A stretch of 32,000 bases of DNA, from NCBI RefSeq assembly GCF_000195755.1, contig NC_002937.3, forward strand, positions 3,180,001 through 3,212,000, read 5' to 3'. Position numbers and translations under genes: made by a program. Position 1 is the first letter of the stretch. Each line of letters begins with the position of its first letter. The DNA is from Nitratidesulfovibrio vulgaris str. Hildenborough (lineage in GTDB: Bacteria; Desulfobacterota; Desulfovibrionia; Desulfovibrionales; Desulfovibrionaceae). A model generated the notes under the pieces. The model made no database searches, was not told the origin of the DNA, and was given only the letters and a program-made list of their open reading frames with translations. Below, in pieces: positions 16,686-25,677 of the stretch.

Positions 16686-18503
16686 TCAAGGCCCCGGTTC
16701 ATCACGACGGCGCAAGGCGGCAAGGCACTCACGCCATTCGGGAAGACGGAAGACCACGGCACCGAGGGCATAAAAAAGGCAGCCCGCAGCCACACCGCAT
16801 ACCAGCACAAGCGTCCACCCCGCCCCGAGACCGACCAGTCGTTCCATCAGGCCCCCCACCAGCCAGAACAACGCCACACTGAGCAGTCCCTGCGTGGCCA
16901 GCCCCCACGACATCAGCGGGCAGCGCGTCCCCGTCCGTACGATGGAAAGATGCAGCAGCAGCGTGTTGCACCACGCCCCCAGAGACGCCGCCAGAGGCGG
17001 TCCGGCAACGCCTAGGGGGCCGGAAAGGGCCAGCCCCGCGACCAGCACCACGGCCAGCGAAACAAGGGCCGCCAGCACCGGTGTCCGGGTATCGCCCCGC
17101 GCATGCGTGGCGGCAAGCAGGGTCCGCCCCAGCGCGAAAGCGGGCAACCCTGGCGCGTAGGCGCACAGTGCCGTCACCGTCCCTGCCACCGCTGCGGCAT
17201 CGAATGCACCGTGCCCGAACAGGACTTGCACCAGCGGATGGGCCACGGCCATGAGTCCGGCAGCGGCGGGCAATGTCACAAAAAGCGAGAGACGAACCCC
17301 CTGCCTGAGCAACGTCTCGAAATGCTCCCGCCGCCCTGCAGCATGGAGAGAAGCCAGCACGGGAAGCGAAGCCGTCCCGATGGCGACCCCGAAGACTCCC
17401 AGCGGGAACTCGACCAGCCGTTCGGCGTAGTAGAGCGAGGCGACGCCGCCATCACCGAGGAACGACGCCACCATGGTGCTCAGAAGCACCCCGGCCTGAT
17501 GGGCCGAAGCCCCGAAGACGCCACCAAGGGCCGACAGCATGCGCAAGGGGGCTGTGCGCCCATCCATCACAGGCCCGGATGGCGTCTCTGCCGACGTCTG
17601 CGTCGCGCCCGCCGCGTCCGGAACCTTTTGCCCCACCGCCGCACCATGCATGACGGGGCCTTCCCGTACTGTGCTCGCCTGCTGCGCCGGAACCTCCTTC
17701 GTCGAGGTGCGAAACGCCCCGGCCCGCAGCAGTGGCACGGCCTGCACGAGCAACTGCGCGAAGCCGCCTGCGACCACGCCACAGGCCAGCATGTACTCGG
17801 GACGCCATGGTCCGAACGCTGCAAGAGCGGCCCCGACAAGCATGGCGACATTGAAGGCCACGGGCGCACAGGCCGGAATGAACAGTTCGCCGCGGCTGTG
17901 GAGAAGCCCCATGCACACTCCGGCGAGTCCCACCCACAGGACATAGAAGGCGCACACCCGAAGCAACGACGCCGCAAGCCCTCCTACCTCCGGCGCCAAC
18001 CCCGGTGCCAGCAAAGCCACCACCGGCGGGGCGAAGACCACAAGCCCCAAGCACAGGGCCGTCAGCCAGCAGGCCACCCTGAACATCATGCCCCGAAAGG
18101 CCCTGAAGGCTGCTGCGTCCCCGCCACGACGACGTACCGAGGTGAAGACCGGAACAAGGGCCATCGACATCGACCCCTCGCCGAACATGCGGCGAAGAAA
18201 GGTCGGAAGACGCGATGCCACGATGAAGGCGTCGGCCCCGACGCCCGCACCAAGGACGTAGGCCGTGGCAGCATCCCGCGCGAAACCCATGATGCGCGAG
18301 ACGAGCGTCGTTCCGGCTATCAGGGCCGCCCCCCGCATCGACGAGGTGATGCCCGCCGCCTCTTCCGTGCACACCCGGTCGGGTCGCGGTGCCAGAGGCC
18401 CGTCCTCCCCGCGGGTACAGCCCGGATTGCCGCCCCGCGCCAAGGGCCGGTCACTGTCTGGATGAGGATGCTGCGTCATGTCGGCATCATAGCGTATGCC
18501 CAC
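16686..18503 (-). CDS. murJ: Lipid II flippase MurJ (MviN family)
   Basis: Typical N-terminal TLVSRIMGFARDAATAYVLGAG and a multi-TM MviN-type body. The start is uncertain: GTG 18503, ATG 18479 or ATG 18338. The family-typical N-terminus would begin at 18338. Confidence 0.85.
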   Translation of the reverse strand: MGIRYDADMTQHPHPDSDRPLARGGNPGCTRGEDGPLAPRPDRVCTEEAAGITSSMRGAALIAGTTLVSRIMGFARDAATAYVLGAGVGADAFIVASRLPTFLRRMFGEGSMSMALVPVFTSVRRRGGDAAAFRAFRGMMFRVACWLTALCLGLVVFAPPVVALLAPGLAPEVGGLAASLLRVCAFYVLWVGLAGVCMGLLHSRGELFIPACAPVAFNVAMLVGAALAAFGPWRPEYMLACGVVAGGFAQLLVQAVPLLRAGAFRTSTKEVPAQQASTVREGPVMHGAAVGQKVPDAAGATQTSAETPSGPVMDGRTAPLRMLSALGGVFGASAHQAGVLLSTMVASFLGDGGVASLYYAERLVEFPLGVFGVAIGTASLPVLASLHAAGRREHFETLLRQGVRLSLFVTLPAAAGLMAVAHPLVQVLFGHGAFDAAAVAGTVTALCAYAPGLPAFALGRTLLAATHARGDTRTPVLAALVSLAVVLVAGLALSGPLGVAGPPLAASLGAWCNTLLLHLSIVRTGTRCPLMSWGLATQGLLSVALFWLVGGLMERLVGLGAGWTLVLVCGVAAGCLFYALGAVVFRLPEWRECLAALRRRDEPGP

Positions 18504-18694
18504 GGCGCAGGGAAGCGGTGCAGCCCCGCACTGCCCGCCCCATTGGACGGTCTCCCGAGGCCCGTCATGGCGGTCATGTGACGCGCCGTCCCGGACGTCG
18601 GTGGCACTGCACCCCGAGCCCCTAGTGCTGCAAGGATTCTAACGCCTGTTGAGCTTTTGCCCGCGCTGTATTAGCCAAGAGCATTATTTCGGAA

Positions 18695-20470
18695 GTGACC
18701 ACTCTTGGGGGAGACGTGCAGAAGACAACTTCCGGGGAGATGCCCGACGGCGTGCCGGGGGCCGTTTCAGCTGTGGCCTCTGCCACACCGGGAACGGAGT
18801 CCCTACCGTCACCCTTCGACATCCTCGCCGACCATCTTGCCGACTGGGAATGCTGGGAATCGCCCGAAGGACGGGTGCATTTCGTAACACCCGCCTGCCA
18901 GCGCATATCGGGTTTCGGCATCGACAACTTCCGCGCCCACCATCTCTTCATCGAAGGTCTCATCCACCCCGATGACCTGCCGGCATGGCGCAGGCATCGC
19001 GAGATGCTCACAGCCAGTCTGCCCAAGGCCGAAGTCGAAATCCGCATCCGCACGGCCGAAGGGGGCGAGAAGTGGCTTGCCGTCACCAGTCGCAACCTGA
19101 CCGACGGCCACGGTGAACCGCTAGGCATCCGTTCCAGCCTGCGCGACATCACCGACCGCAAGATGGTGCTCTCCCAGTTGCGGCATCAGGCGTGGCACGA
19201 CCCCCTCACCGGGTTGCCCAACCGTGCCCTGTGCCTCGACCGCCTCGACCGGGCACTCGGCAGGCTGGCGCGGGGCAACGGCGAACTCTGCGCCGTGGTC
19301 TTCCTCGACCTCGACCGCTTCAAGCTGGTCAACGACACGCTGGGCAACGCGGCTGGCGACAGGGTGCTGCGCGAGACCGCCCGCAGACTGGGCACGGCGA
19401 CCCGCAGCACCGACACGGTCTCTCGCCTCGGCAGCGACGAGTTCATCATCCTCATCGAAGACCTGCGGGGAGAGGACGAGGCCCGCGCCACCCTCGGCAG
19501 ACTGCGCGAGGCGCAACGCGCCCCCTTCGACATCGACGGCAGGCATCTTCGGGTGACCGCCAGCATGGGCGTGGTGCTCGCACGCGGCGGCAACGCCGAC
19601 GAGGTGCTGCGCAACGCCAACATCGCCATGCACCACGCCAAGGAACATGGCGGCGACGCGGCGTCGTTCTTCCATGCCTCCATGCTCGAAGAGGCCCTCG
19701 ACCTGATGCAGCTCGAAATCGACCTGCACCGCGCCCTCGAGAATGACGAGTTCTTCCTCGTGTACCAGCCCATCGTCTCGGTGGTCGACCGGCGCATCAC
19801 CGGCTTCGAGGCACTGCTGCGCTGGCGCCACCCCGAACGTGGCGTCGTGGGGCCGGACGCCTTCATCGCGCTGGCAGAGCACTCCGGGCTCATCCACCTG
19901 CTCGGGCGCAAGGCCCTTGATGAGGCGTGCCGCACGCTCGCCAAGTGGCGCAGGGTCGACCAGCTGTTCGACGGCCTCACCATGCACGTGAACCTCTCCG
20001 CCCGACAGCTTTCGCAGACCCACATCGTGGAACAGGTGGCAGAGGCCCTGCGCGACTCGTGCCTGCCGCCGCACCTGCTCAAGCTTGAAGTGACCGAGAC
20101 CATGCTCATGGAGAACCCCGACTACGCCAACGCTGTCCTCTGCCGCCTGCGCGACATCGGCGTGGGTGTCTGTGTCGACGACTTCGGCACCGGGTACTCG
20201 TCTCTCAGCTACCTGCAACGATTCCCCATCGACACGCTCAAGGTCGACCGCAGCTTCGTCAGCCGCATGACGCGCGAACCCGGTCAGTTCAAGATCGTGC
20301 AGGCGGTCATCGCGCTGGCGCACAGCCTCGGCCTTGAAGTGGTGGCCGAAGGCGTCGAGGATGAAGAGCAGCGCATCATGCTGCTGGGCCTCGCCTGCCG
20401 CTACGCACAGGGCTTCCTGTTCGCGAAGCCGCTTGCCGCAGAGGACGTGCCCGCCCACGTGACAGGCTAG
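18695..20470 (+). CDS. PAS - GGDEF(degenerate GSDEF) - EAL c-di-GMP signalling protein, probably a phosphodiesterase
   Basis: RSTD-x5-GSDEF at 19403-19444. EAL motif at 19808-19816, plus QPIV, DDFGTGYSSLSYL, KVDRSFV, EGVEDEEQ. GTG start, with alternative in-frame starts at 18716 and 18740. Confidence 0.9.
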   Translation: MTTLGGDVQKTTSGEMPDGVPGAVSAVASATPGTESLPSPFDILADHLADWECWESPEGRVHFVTPACQRISGFGIDNFRAHHLFIEGLIHPDDLPAWRRHREMLTASLPKAEVEIRIRTAEGGEKWLAVTSRNLTDGHGEPLGIRSSLRDITDRKMVLSQLRHQAWHDPLTGLPNRALCLDRLDRALGRLARGNGELCAVVFLDLDRFKLVNDTLGNAAGDRVLRETARRLGTATRSTDTVSRLGSDEFIILIEDLRGEDEARATLGRLREAQRAPFDIDGRHLRVTASMGVVLARGGNADEVLRNANIAMHHAKEHGGDAASFFHASMLEEALDLMQLEIDLHRALENDEFFLVYQPIVSVVDRRITGFEALLRWRHPERGVVGPDAFIALAEHSGLIHLLGRKALDEACRTLAKWRRVDQLFDGLTMHVNLSARQLSQTHIVEQVAEALRDSCLPPHLLKLEVTETMLMENPDYANAVLCRLRDIGVGVCVDDFGTGYSSLSYLQRFPIDTLKVDRSFVSRMTREPGQFKIVQAVIALAHSLGLEVVAEGVEDEEQRIMLLGLACRYAQGFLFAKPLAAEDVPAHVTG

Positions 20471-20501
20471 GCAGCCACTCCAGAGCATATTGCAAAACGA
20501 C

Positions 20502-20528
20502 AAGCCCCCGTGCATGGCACGGGGGCTT
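20502..20528 (+). terminator. Stem-loop downstream of the GGDEF-EAL gene
   Basis: AAGCCCCCGTGC / GCACGGGGGCTT is a perfect 12-bp inverted repeat around ATG, followed by TTTC. Confidence 0.6.
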
Positions 20529-20538
20529 TCACATGCAA

Positions 20539-20564
20539 ACGCCCCCGGATGACTCCGGGGGCGT
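20539..20564 (-). terminator. Stem-loop downstream of the acyl-CoA ligase gene
   Basis: ACGCCCCCGG / CCGGGGGCGT is a perfect 10-bp inverted repeat with a 6-nt loop, 34 nt past the minus-strand stop. The T-run on the minus strand is short. Confidence 0.5.
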
Positions 20565-20597
20565 GGCATTGCCGTTGCGGCGCGCGTTACGCAGCAC

Positions 20598-22250
20598 CTA
20601 CTTCATGGCGTCGGGGAACAACTCCGCAGCCATCTCGCGCAGCTTGTACTTCTGTATCTTGGCGCTGGCGGTCATGGGGAATTCGGAGACGAACGCGATG
20701 TGGCGAGGCACCTTGTACCACGAGATGCGCCCGCGGCAGTGGTCACGGACATCCTCGGGGGCGAGGTCGTACCCCTCCTTGGGGATGATGAACGCTCCCA
20801 CCTCCTCGCCGTACTTGCGGCTGGGCACGCCGACCACCTGTACGTCCTGAACGCCCTCCATGCCATAGAGGAACTCTTCGATTTCCCGTGGGTAGATGTT
20901 CTCGCCGCCACGGATGATCATGTCCTTGATGCGCCCTGTGATGCGCACGTAGCCATGCTCGTCCATGATGCCGAGGTCGCCCGAATGAAGCCACCCGTCG
21001 CCGTCCACGGCCTTGGCCGTGGCCTCGGGCATGTTGTAGTAGCCCTTCATCACGTTGTAGCCGCGGCAGACCACCTCTCCGGGGGTACCGTGCGGCACCT
21101 CCTCGTTGGTCTCGGGGTCGACGATGCGCACCTCGATGCCGGGCATGGCGCGCCCCACGGTCTGCACACGCCGTTCGAGTGAATCGTCCACCAGCGTCTG
21201 GGTCATGACGGGCGACCCCTCGGTAAGGCCGTAGCAGATGGTGATTTCACGCATGTTCATCTTCTCGATGACCCGGCGCATGAGCGGTTCGGGGCATACC
21301 GAACCCGCCATGATGCCCGTGCGCAGCGAACTGAAGTCGAAGCGGTCGAAGAGCTTGTGCTCCAGCACGGCAAGGAACATGGTCGGCACGCCGTACAGGG
21401 CGGTGCACTTCTCCTGGTCGACCGACGCCATGACATGCATGGGGTTGAAGTTCTCAAGGATGACCAGCGCGGCACCGTGGTTGATGGCGGCCATGACACC
21501 CAGAACACACCCGAAGCAGTGGAACAGCGGCACGGGCAGGCAGACCCTGTCCTTTTCGGTGAAGCCCTGATTGCGGCCTATCCAGTAACCGTTGTTGCCG
21601 ATGCCCACATGGGTGAGCATCACGCCCTTGGGAAAGCCCGTCGTGCCCGAGGTGTACTGCATGTTCACCACGTCGTAGGGGTCGAGCTCATCCTGCCGCT
21701 GGCGGAACTCCTCATCGGAGACCATGACGCCAAGGCTGACGATCTCGGGCACGGAGTACATGCCCCGGTGCTTCTCCGCACCGAGGAACATCACGCGCTT
21801 GAGGTGCGGCAGCCCCTCGCAGCGCAACTGGCCGCGGGGCTGCATCCTGAGTTCGGGAATGACCTGATAGATGGTCTGCACGAAGTCGTGGTCGCGGAAG
21901 CCGTCCATGATGAACAGGTTCTCGCACTCGGACTGCTCGAGCAGGTAGCGCAGTTCACTCTCGCGATAGTTGGTGTTGACCGTGAGCAGCACCGCGCCGA
22001 TTTTCGCCGTGGCGAACTGCAGCGCCACCCAGTACGGCACGTTGGTGGCCCAGAGCGCCACCTTGTCGCCCCGCTTCACGCCAAGGGCCATGAGCCCGCG
22101 CGCGAGGTCGTCCACCACCGAGACGAACTCGCGGTAGGTCTGCCGGTAGTCGCGGTCGACATAGACCACGGCGTCGTTATCGGGAAACTTCGCGGCGGTC
22201 TCATCCAGTATGCGGCCGAGTGTCATCTCGCGTATGGCGAACGTATCCAT
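20598..22250 (-). CDS. AMP-dependent acyl-CoA synthetase/ligase (medium/long-chain fatty-acid-CoA ligase-like)
   Basis: AMP-binding signature YTSGTTGFPKGV, GYGLTE-like CYGLTEGS, and C-terminal GDLG...GRIKDMIIRGGENIYP and KIQKYKL. Confidence 0.9.
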   Translation of the reverse strand: MDTFAIREMTLGRILDETAAKFPDNDAVVYVDRDYRQTYREFVSVVDDLARGLMALGVKRGDKVALWATNVPYWVALQFATAKIGAVLLTVNTNYRESELRYLLEQSECENLFIMDGFRDHDFVQTIYQVIPELRMQPRGQLRCEGLPHLKRVMFLGAEKHRGMYSVPEIVSLGVMVSDEEFRQRQDELDPYDVVNMQYTSGTTGFPKGVMLTHVGIGNNGYWIGRNQGFTEKDRVCLPVPLFHCFGCVLGVMAAINHGAALVILENFNPMHVMASVDQEKCTALYGVPTMFLAVLEHKLFDRFDFSSLRTGIMAGSVCPEPLMRRVIEKMNMREITICYGLTEGSPVMTQTLVDDSLERRVQTVGRAMPGIEVRIVDPETNEEVPHGTPGEVVCRGYNVMKGYYNMPEATAKAVDGDGWLHSGDLGIMDEHGYVRITGRIKDMIIRGGENIYPREIEEFLYGMEGVQDVQVVGVPSRKYGEEVGAFIIPKEGYDLAPEDVRDHCRGRISWYKVPRHIAFVSEFPMTASAKIQKYKLREMAAELFPDAMK

Positions 22251-22264
22251 GCTGACGCTCCGGC

Positions 22265-22834
22265 CTAGCGCGGGTAGTAGATGACGGCGTAGATCTCTGC
22301 AGGATCATCGCCCTCGGCACCGACGTAATGCGGCACGATGGAGTTGTAGTAGATGGTGTCGCCCGGCTCCAGCACCTGCTCCTCCTTGCCGTAGACCACG
22401 CGCACACGCCCCTTGGTGACAAGGATGAACTCCTCGCCCTGATGCGACGAAAGTTTGCGGTCCTCTTCCGGTTCGGGGCATATCTCGATGAAGAACGGCT
22501 CCATGTTGCGGTCGCTCTTGCCCTTGCCCAGCGAATGGAAGCGGAAGGCGGCGCGCTTGTTGCGCGCCTTCTGCATGGTGAGGTCGGCCTCGCGGTCTCC
22601 CCGTCTGGCGACGATGGGGTCCTTGGTCACCTCGTCATCCATGAAGGTCCCAAGCCGCACGTTGAGGGCTCGGGCCACCTTCTGTAGGGGGCCGATGGAG
22701 GGGTAGAGGTTGTCTTCTTCAAGGGCGGCGATGAATTCCACCGTGAGGCCCGCGGCCTCCGACAACTGCTCGCGGCTCATGCCCCTGTCTTCCCTGTACT
22801 TGCGCACACGCGCGCCAAGCTTTTCAGCGGCCAT
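22265..22834 (-). CDS. XRE-family HTH transcriptional regulator with C-terminal cupin domain (PuuR-like architecture)
   Basis: ORF trimmed to ATG 22834, preceded by AAGGAGG 4 nt upstream. N-terminal HTH (LGARVRKYREDRGMSREQLSEAAGL) and C-terminal cupin (GEEFILVTKGRVRV...GDTIYYNSIVPH). Lies 14 nt upstream of the ligase gene. Confidence 0.9.
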   Translation of the reverse strand: MAAEKLGARVRKYREDRGMSREQLSEAAGLTVEFIAALEEDNLYPSIGPLQKVARALNVRLGTFMDDEVTKDPIVARRGDREADLTMQKARNKRAAFRFHSLGKGKSDRNMEPFFIEICPEPEEDRKLSSHQGEEFILVTKGRVRVVYGKEEQVLEPGDTIYYNSIVPHYVGAEGDDPAEIYAVIYYPR

Positions 22835-23087
22835 GATTCCTCCTTGGAAATCGTCCGATTCGATGACGAACCTCTGCAAGTAGCCCACCCCGCCGCGTCT
22901 GGCAAGAACGCAACAGCCTGTAGGAAGGATGCCGCTTTCGACGGGGCGGACGCTCCCCCGTTACGGGGCCGGACACACGGGCGAACCGGAACGTCCAATG
23001 ATTCGCCGCAACAACCTACAAGAGCGACACTCTCTTTGCAATCCCGCACCGCTTCCCCACCGCCGAATGATGCGTTATGCTGCACAA

Positions 23088-25448
23088 ATGCCGCCAACAC
23101 CGCTTCGCCGCCGCTTTGTCGTCTCGGGACAGGTACAGGGAGTGGGCTTTCGCCCCTTCGTCTTTCGCATTGCCACCGGCCATGCCTTGACGGGTACGGT
23201 GAGCAACACCTCTGAAGGCGTGTTCATCGAGGTGCAGGGGCCGCATGAGGCCGTCGAGGCATTCGGCGACGACCTTGTCGGCAAGCTGCCGCCGCTGGCG
23301 CAGGTGGTCTCGTGTGAACACGAGGACCTGCCCCTCGTCGCAGGCGAGACGGACTTCATCATCGTGGCCAGCAGCGGCGGGCATGGGCATCAGGTGCTCA
23401 TCAGCCCCGACATGGCGGTGTGCGACGATTGCCTCGCCGACATGCGCGACCCTGCGGGACGCCGCTACCGCTACCCCTTCACCAACTGCACCAACTGCGG
23501 CCCCCGCTACACCATCACCCGTTCCATCCCCTACGACCGCGACAAGACGTCCATGGCGTGTTTTCCGCTATGTCCGGCATGCAGGGCCGAATACGAGGAC
23601 CCGATGGACAGGCGCTTCCATGCCCAGCCCAATGCCTGCCCCGTATGCGGCCCCCGTCTCTGGCTTACGGCGCGTGACGGCACCACGCTGGCCGAGGGCG
23701 ACTATGCCATCACCGTGACGGCCCACGTGCTGAACACCGGGCGCATCGCCGCCATCAAGGGACTCGGGGGCTTCCACCTCGCGTGCGACGCCACCGACGA
23801 TGCCGCGGTGACCACACTGCGTGAGCGCAAGCGCAGGCCGCACAAGCCGCTGGCGGTGATGGTGCCCGACATGGACACGGTGCGCCGCATCGCCGCCCCC
23901 ACCCCGGACGAGGAGAGGCTCATCCTCTCGCAGGAGAGGCCCATCGTGCTGTGCCGCGCCCGTGACGACGGCCCCCTCGCAAGCGCCGTGTCCCCGGACA
24001 CCGACCACGTGGGCGTGATGCTGCCGTACACGCCGCTGCACCATGTCCTGTTCGACACCCTCGCCGACCTGCGGCGAGAAGGCGGCACAAGCTCACGCCG
24101 TACGCCCTCTGCCAGCGATGTCTGCGCACTGGTGATGACCTCGGGCAACGCCAGCAACGAGCCCATCTGTCTCGGCAACAGGGAGTCGCTGCGCCGTCTT
24201 GCCCACATCGCCGACGCCTTTCTCCTGCATGACCGCGACATTCTCATCCGCACGGACGATTCGGTGGTGCGCGCCGTGCAGGGCGAGGATGGGCCGCTCT
24301 TCATGCGTCGCGCCCGCGGCTTCGTGCCACGCCCGGTACGCCTTCCCGACTCCGGCCCCTGCGTGCTGGCCACCGGCCCCGAACTCAAGAACACGCTTTG
24401 CATCACCCGAAATGATATGGCCTTTGTCAGCCAGCACATCGGCGACATGCACAATCTCGAGACACTCGGCTTCTTCCGCGAGATTGCCGCTCACCTCGCC
24501 GATATTCTTCAGGTCGAACCAGAGGCCGTCGTCCGCGACCTCCACCCCGACTACATGACCACACGCTGGGCCGAAGACTGCGGGCTGCCCGTGCTGGCAC
24601 TCCAGCACCACTACGCCCACGCCTACAGCGTCCTCGCCGAGAACGGTCATGAAGGCCCGGCCCTGTGCGTCACCCTTGACGGCACGGGCTATGGCGATGA
24701 CGGAACCATCTGGGGCGGTGAATTCCTGTACGTTGACTCCCTCGAACTTGAGCACGAGCGTCTCGCCCACTTCTCACGACTTCCCCTTCCGGGCGGCGAG
24801 ACCGCCATTCGCGAACCATGGCGTATCGCACAGGGTGCGCTGTGGCGGCTAGGGATGTTCGAACCTGACAGCCGGGTCTGGCCCTGGCTGCCACACCGTG
24901 AAGAAGCCTCCCGCATGGTGGGACTCATGCTCGACAAGGGCGTGAACACCCCGATGGCGTCCAGTTGCGGCAGACTCTTCGACGCGGTCTCCGCCATGCT
25001 GGGGCTGTGCGAGAGCATCACCTACGAAGGACAGGCCGCCATCCTGCTTGAACGCATCCAGGACATGTCGGAGACCACGCCCTACCCCTGCCCTCTCAAG
25101 GACGGCGTGCAACCCATGGTCCTCGACACGGCCCAACTCTTCCTGCACGCCTATGTGGACTGGGCCATGGAGACACCCCCCGGCATCATCGCCCGACGCT
25201 TCCACCTCGGGCTCATTCAGGGGGTGGCAGACCTGGCCGCCAGTCTTTGCGGTGCCATGGGCCTTACCACGGTGGGACTTTCCGGGGGCGTGATGCAGAA
25301 CCTCACCCTCGCGGCGGGGCTGCCCGAGGCCTTGCGCGCACGGGGACTCGTTCCTCTCGTCCATCGCACCCTCCCGCCCAACGACGGCTGCATCTCACTG
25401 GGTCAGGCTGCATGGGGCCGCCGCCGACTGCAACGTGACAACGCCTGA
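23088..25448 (+). CDS. hypF: [NiFe]-hydrogenase maturation carbamoyltransferase HypF
   Basis: Acylphosphatase domain (VSGQVQGVGFRPFV), two CxxC-x18-CxxC zinc fingers, YrdC-like domain (IKGLGGFHLACD) and a Kae1-like C-terminus. The start is uncertain (ATG 23067, 23070 or 23088). 23088 was chosen on family N-terminal length and codon third-position GC. Confidence 0.9.
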   Translation: MPPTPLRRRFVVSGQVQGVGFRPFVFRIATGHALTGTVSNTSEGVFIEVQGPHEAVEAFGDDLVGKLPPLAQVVSCEHEDLPLVAGETDFIIVASSGGHGHQVLISPDMAVCDDCLADMRDPAGRRYRYPFTNCTNCGPRYTITRSIPYDRDKTSMACFPLCPACRAEYEDPMDRRFHAQPNACPVCGPRLWLTARDGTTLAEGDYAITVTAHVLNTGRIAAIKGLGGFHLACDATDDAAVTTLRERKRRPHKPLAVMVPDMDTVRRIAAPTPDEERLILSQERPIVLCRARDDGPLASAVSPDTDHVGVMLPYTPLHHVLFDTLADLRREGGTSSRRTPSASDVCALVMTSGNASNEPICLGNRESLRRLAHIADAFLLHDRDILIRTDDSVVRAVQGEDGPLFMRRARGFVPRPVRLPDSGPCVLATGPELKNTLCITRNDMAFVSQHIGDMHNLETLGFFREIAAHLADILQVEPEAVVRDLHPDYMTTRWAEDCGLPVLALQHHYAHAYSVLAENGHEGPALCVTLDGTGYGDDGTIWGGEFLYVDSLELEHERLAHFSRLPLPGGETAIREPWRIAQGALWRLGMFEPDSRVWPWLPHREEASRMVGLMLDKGVNTPMASSCGRLFDAVSAMLGLCESITYEGQAAILLERIQDMSETTPYPCPLKDGVQPMVLDTAQLFLHAYVDWAMETPPGIIARRFHLGLIQGVADLAASLCGAMGLTTVGLSGGVMQNLTLAAGLPEALRARGLVPLVHRTLPPNDGCISLGQAAWGRRRLQRDNA

Positions 25449-25510
25449 ACACCATCCCCTCTTACATTTCGAGATGCTGCGCACCATGCCTGCATAGTGC
25501 AGCGCCACAT

Positions 25511-25530
25511 CATGTATTCTGAAATACATG
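25511..25530. promoter_or_regulatory. Perfect 8-4-8 palindrome in the AT-richer leader of the GAF-GGDEF gene (candidate operator)
   Basis: CATGTATT-CTGA-AATACATG, flanked by two copies of GCACCATGC (25481-25489 and 25540-25548). Confidence 0.3.
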
Positions 25531-25677
25531 AGACCTTATGCACCATGCAAAACACCCCCATCACGGCCGACATCACAAATGTCGTTTGACGCTGGGCCAT
25601 CCCCGACATAGGTTGAAAATACGGCAACGTGGAAATCACGTTCCGGTTTCCTGCCGGGGGGCAGGAGAAGGGGGGGT

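Noticed and set aside
22929-23087. The N-terminal 53-codon extension of the hypF ORF (ATG 22929, preceded by AGGAAGG).
   Set aside because: The extension is Arg/Pro-rich, has low third-position GC compared with the gene body, and would place the start 95 bp from the divergent regulator. HypF family proteins begin about 10 residues before the acylphosphatase motif.
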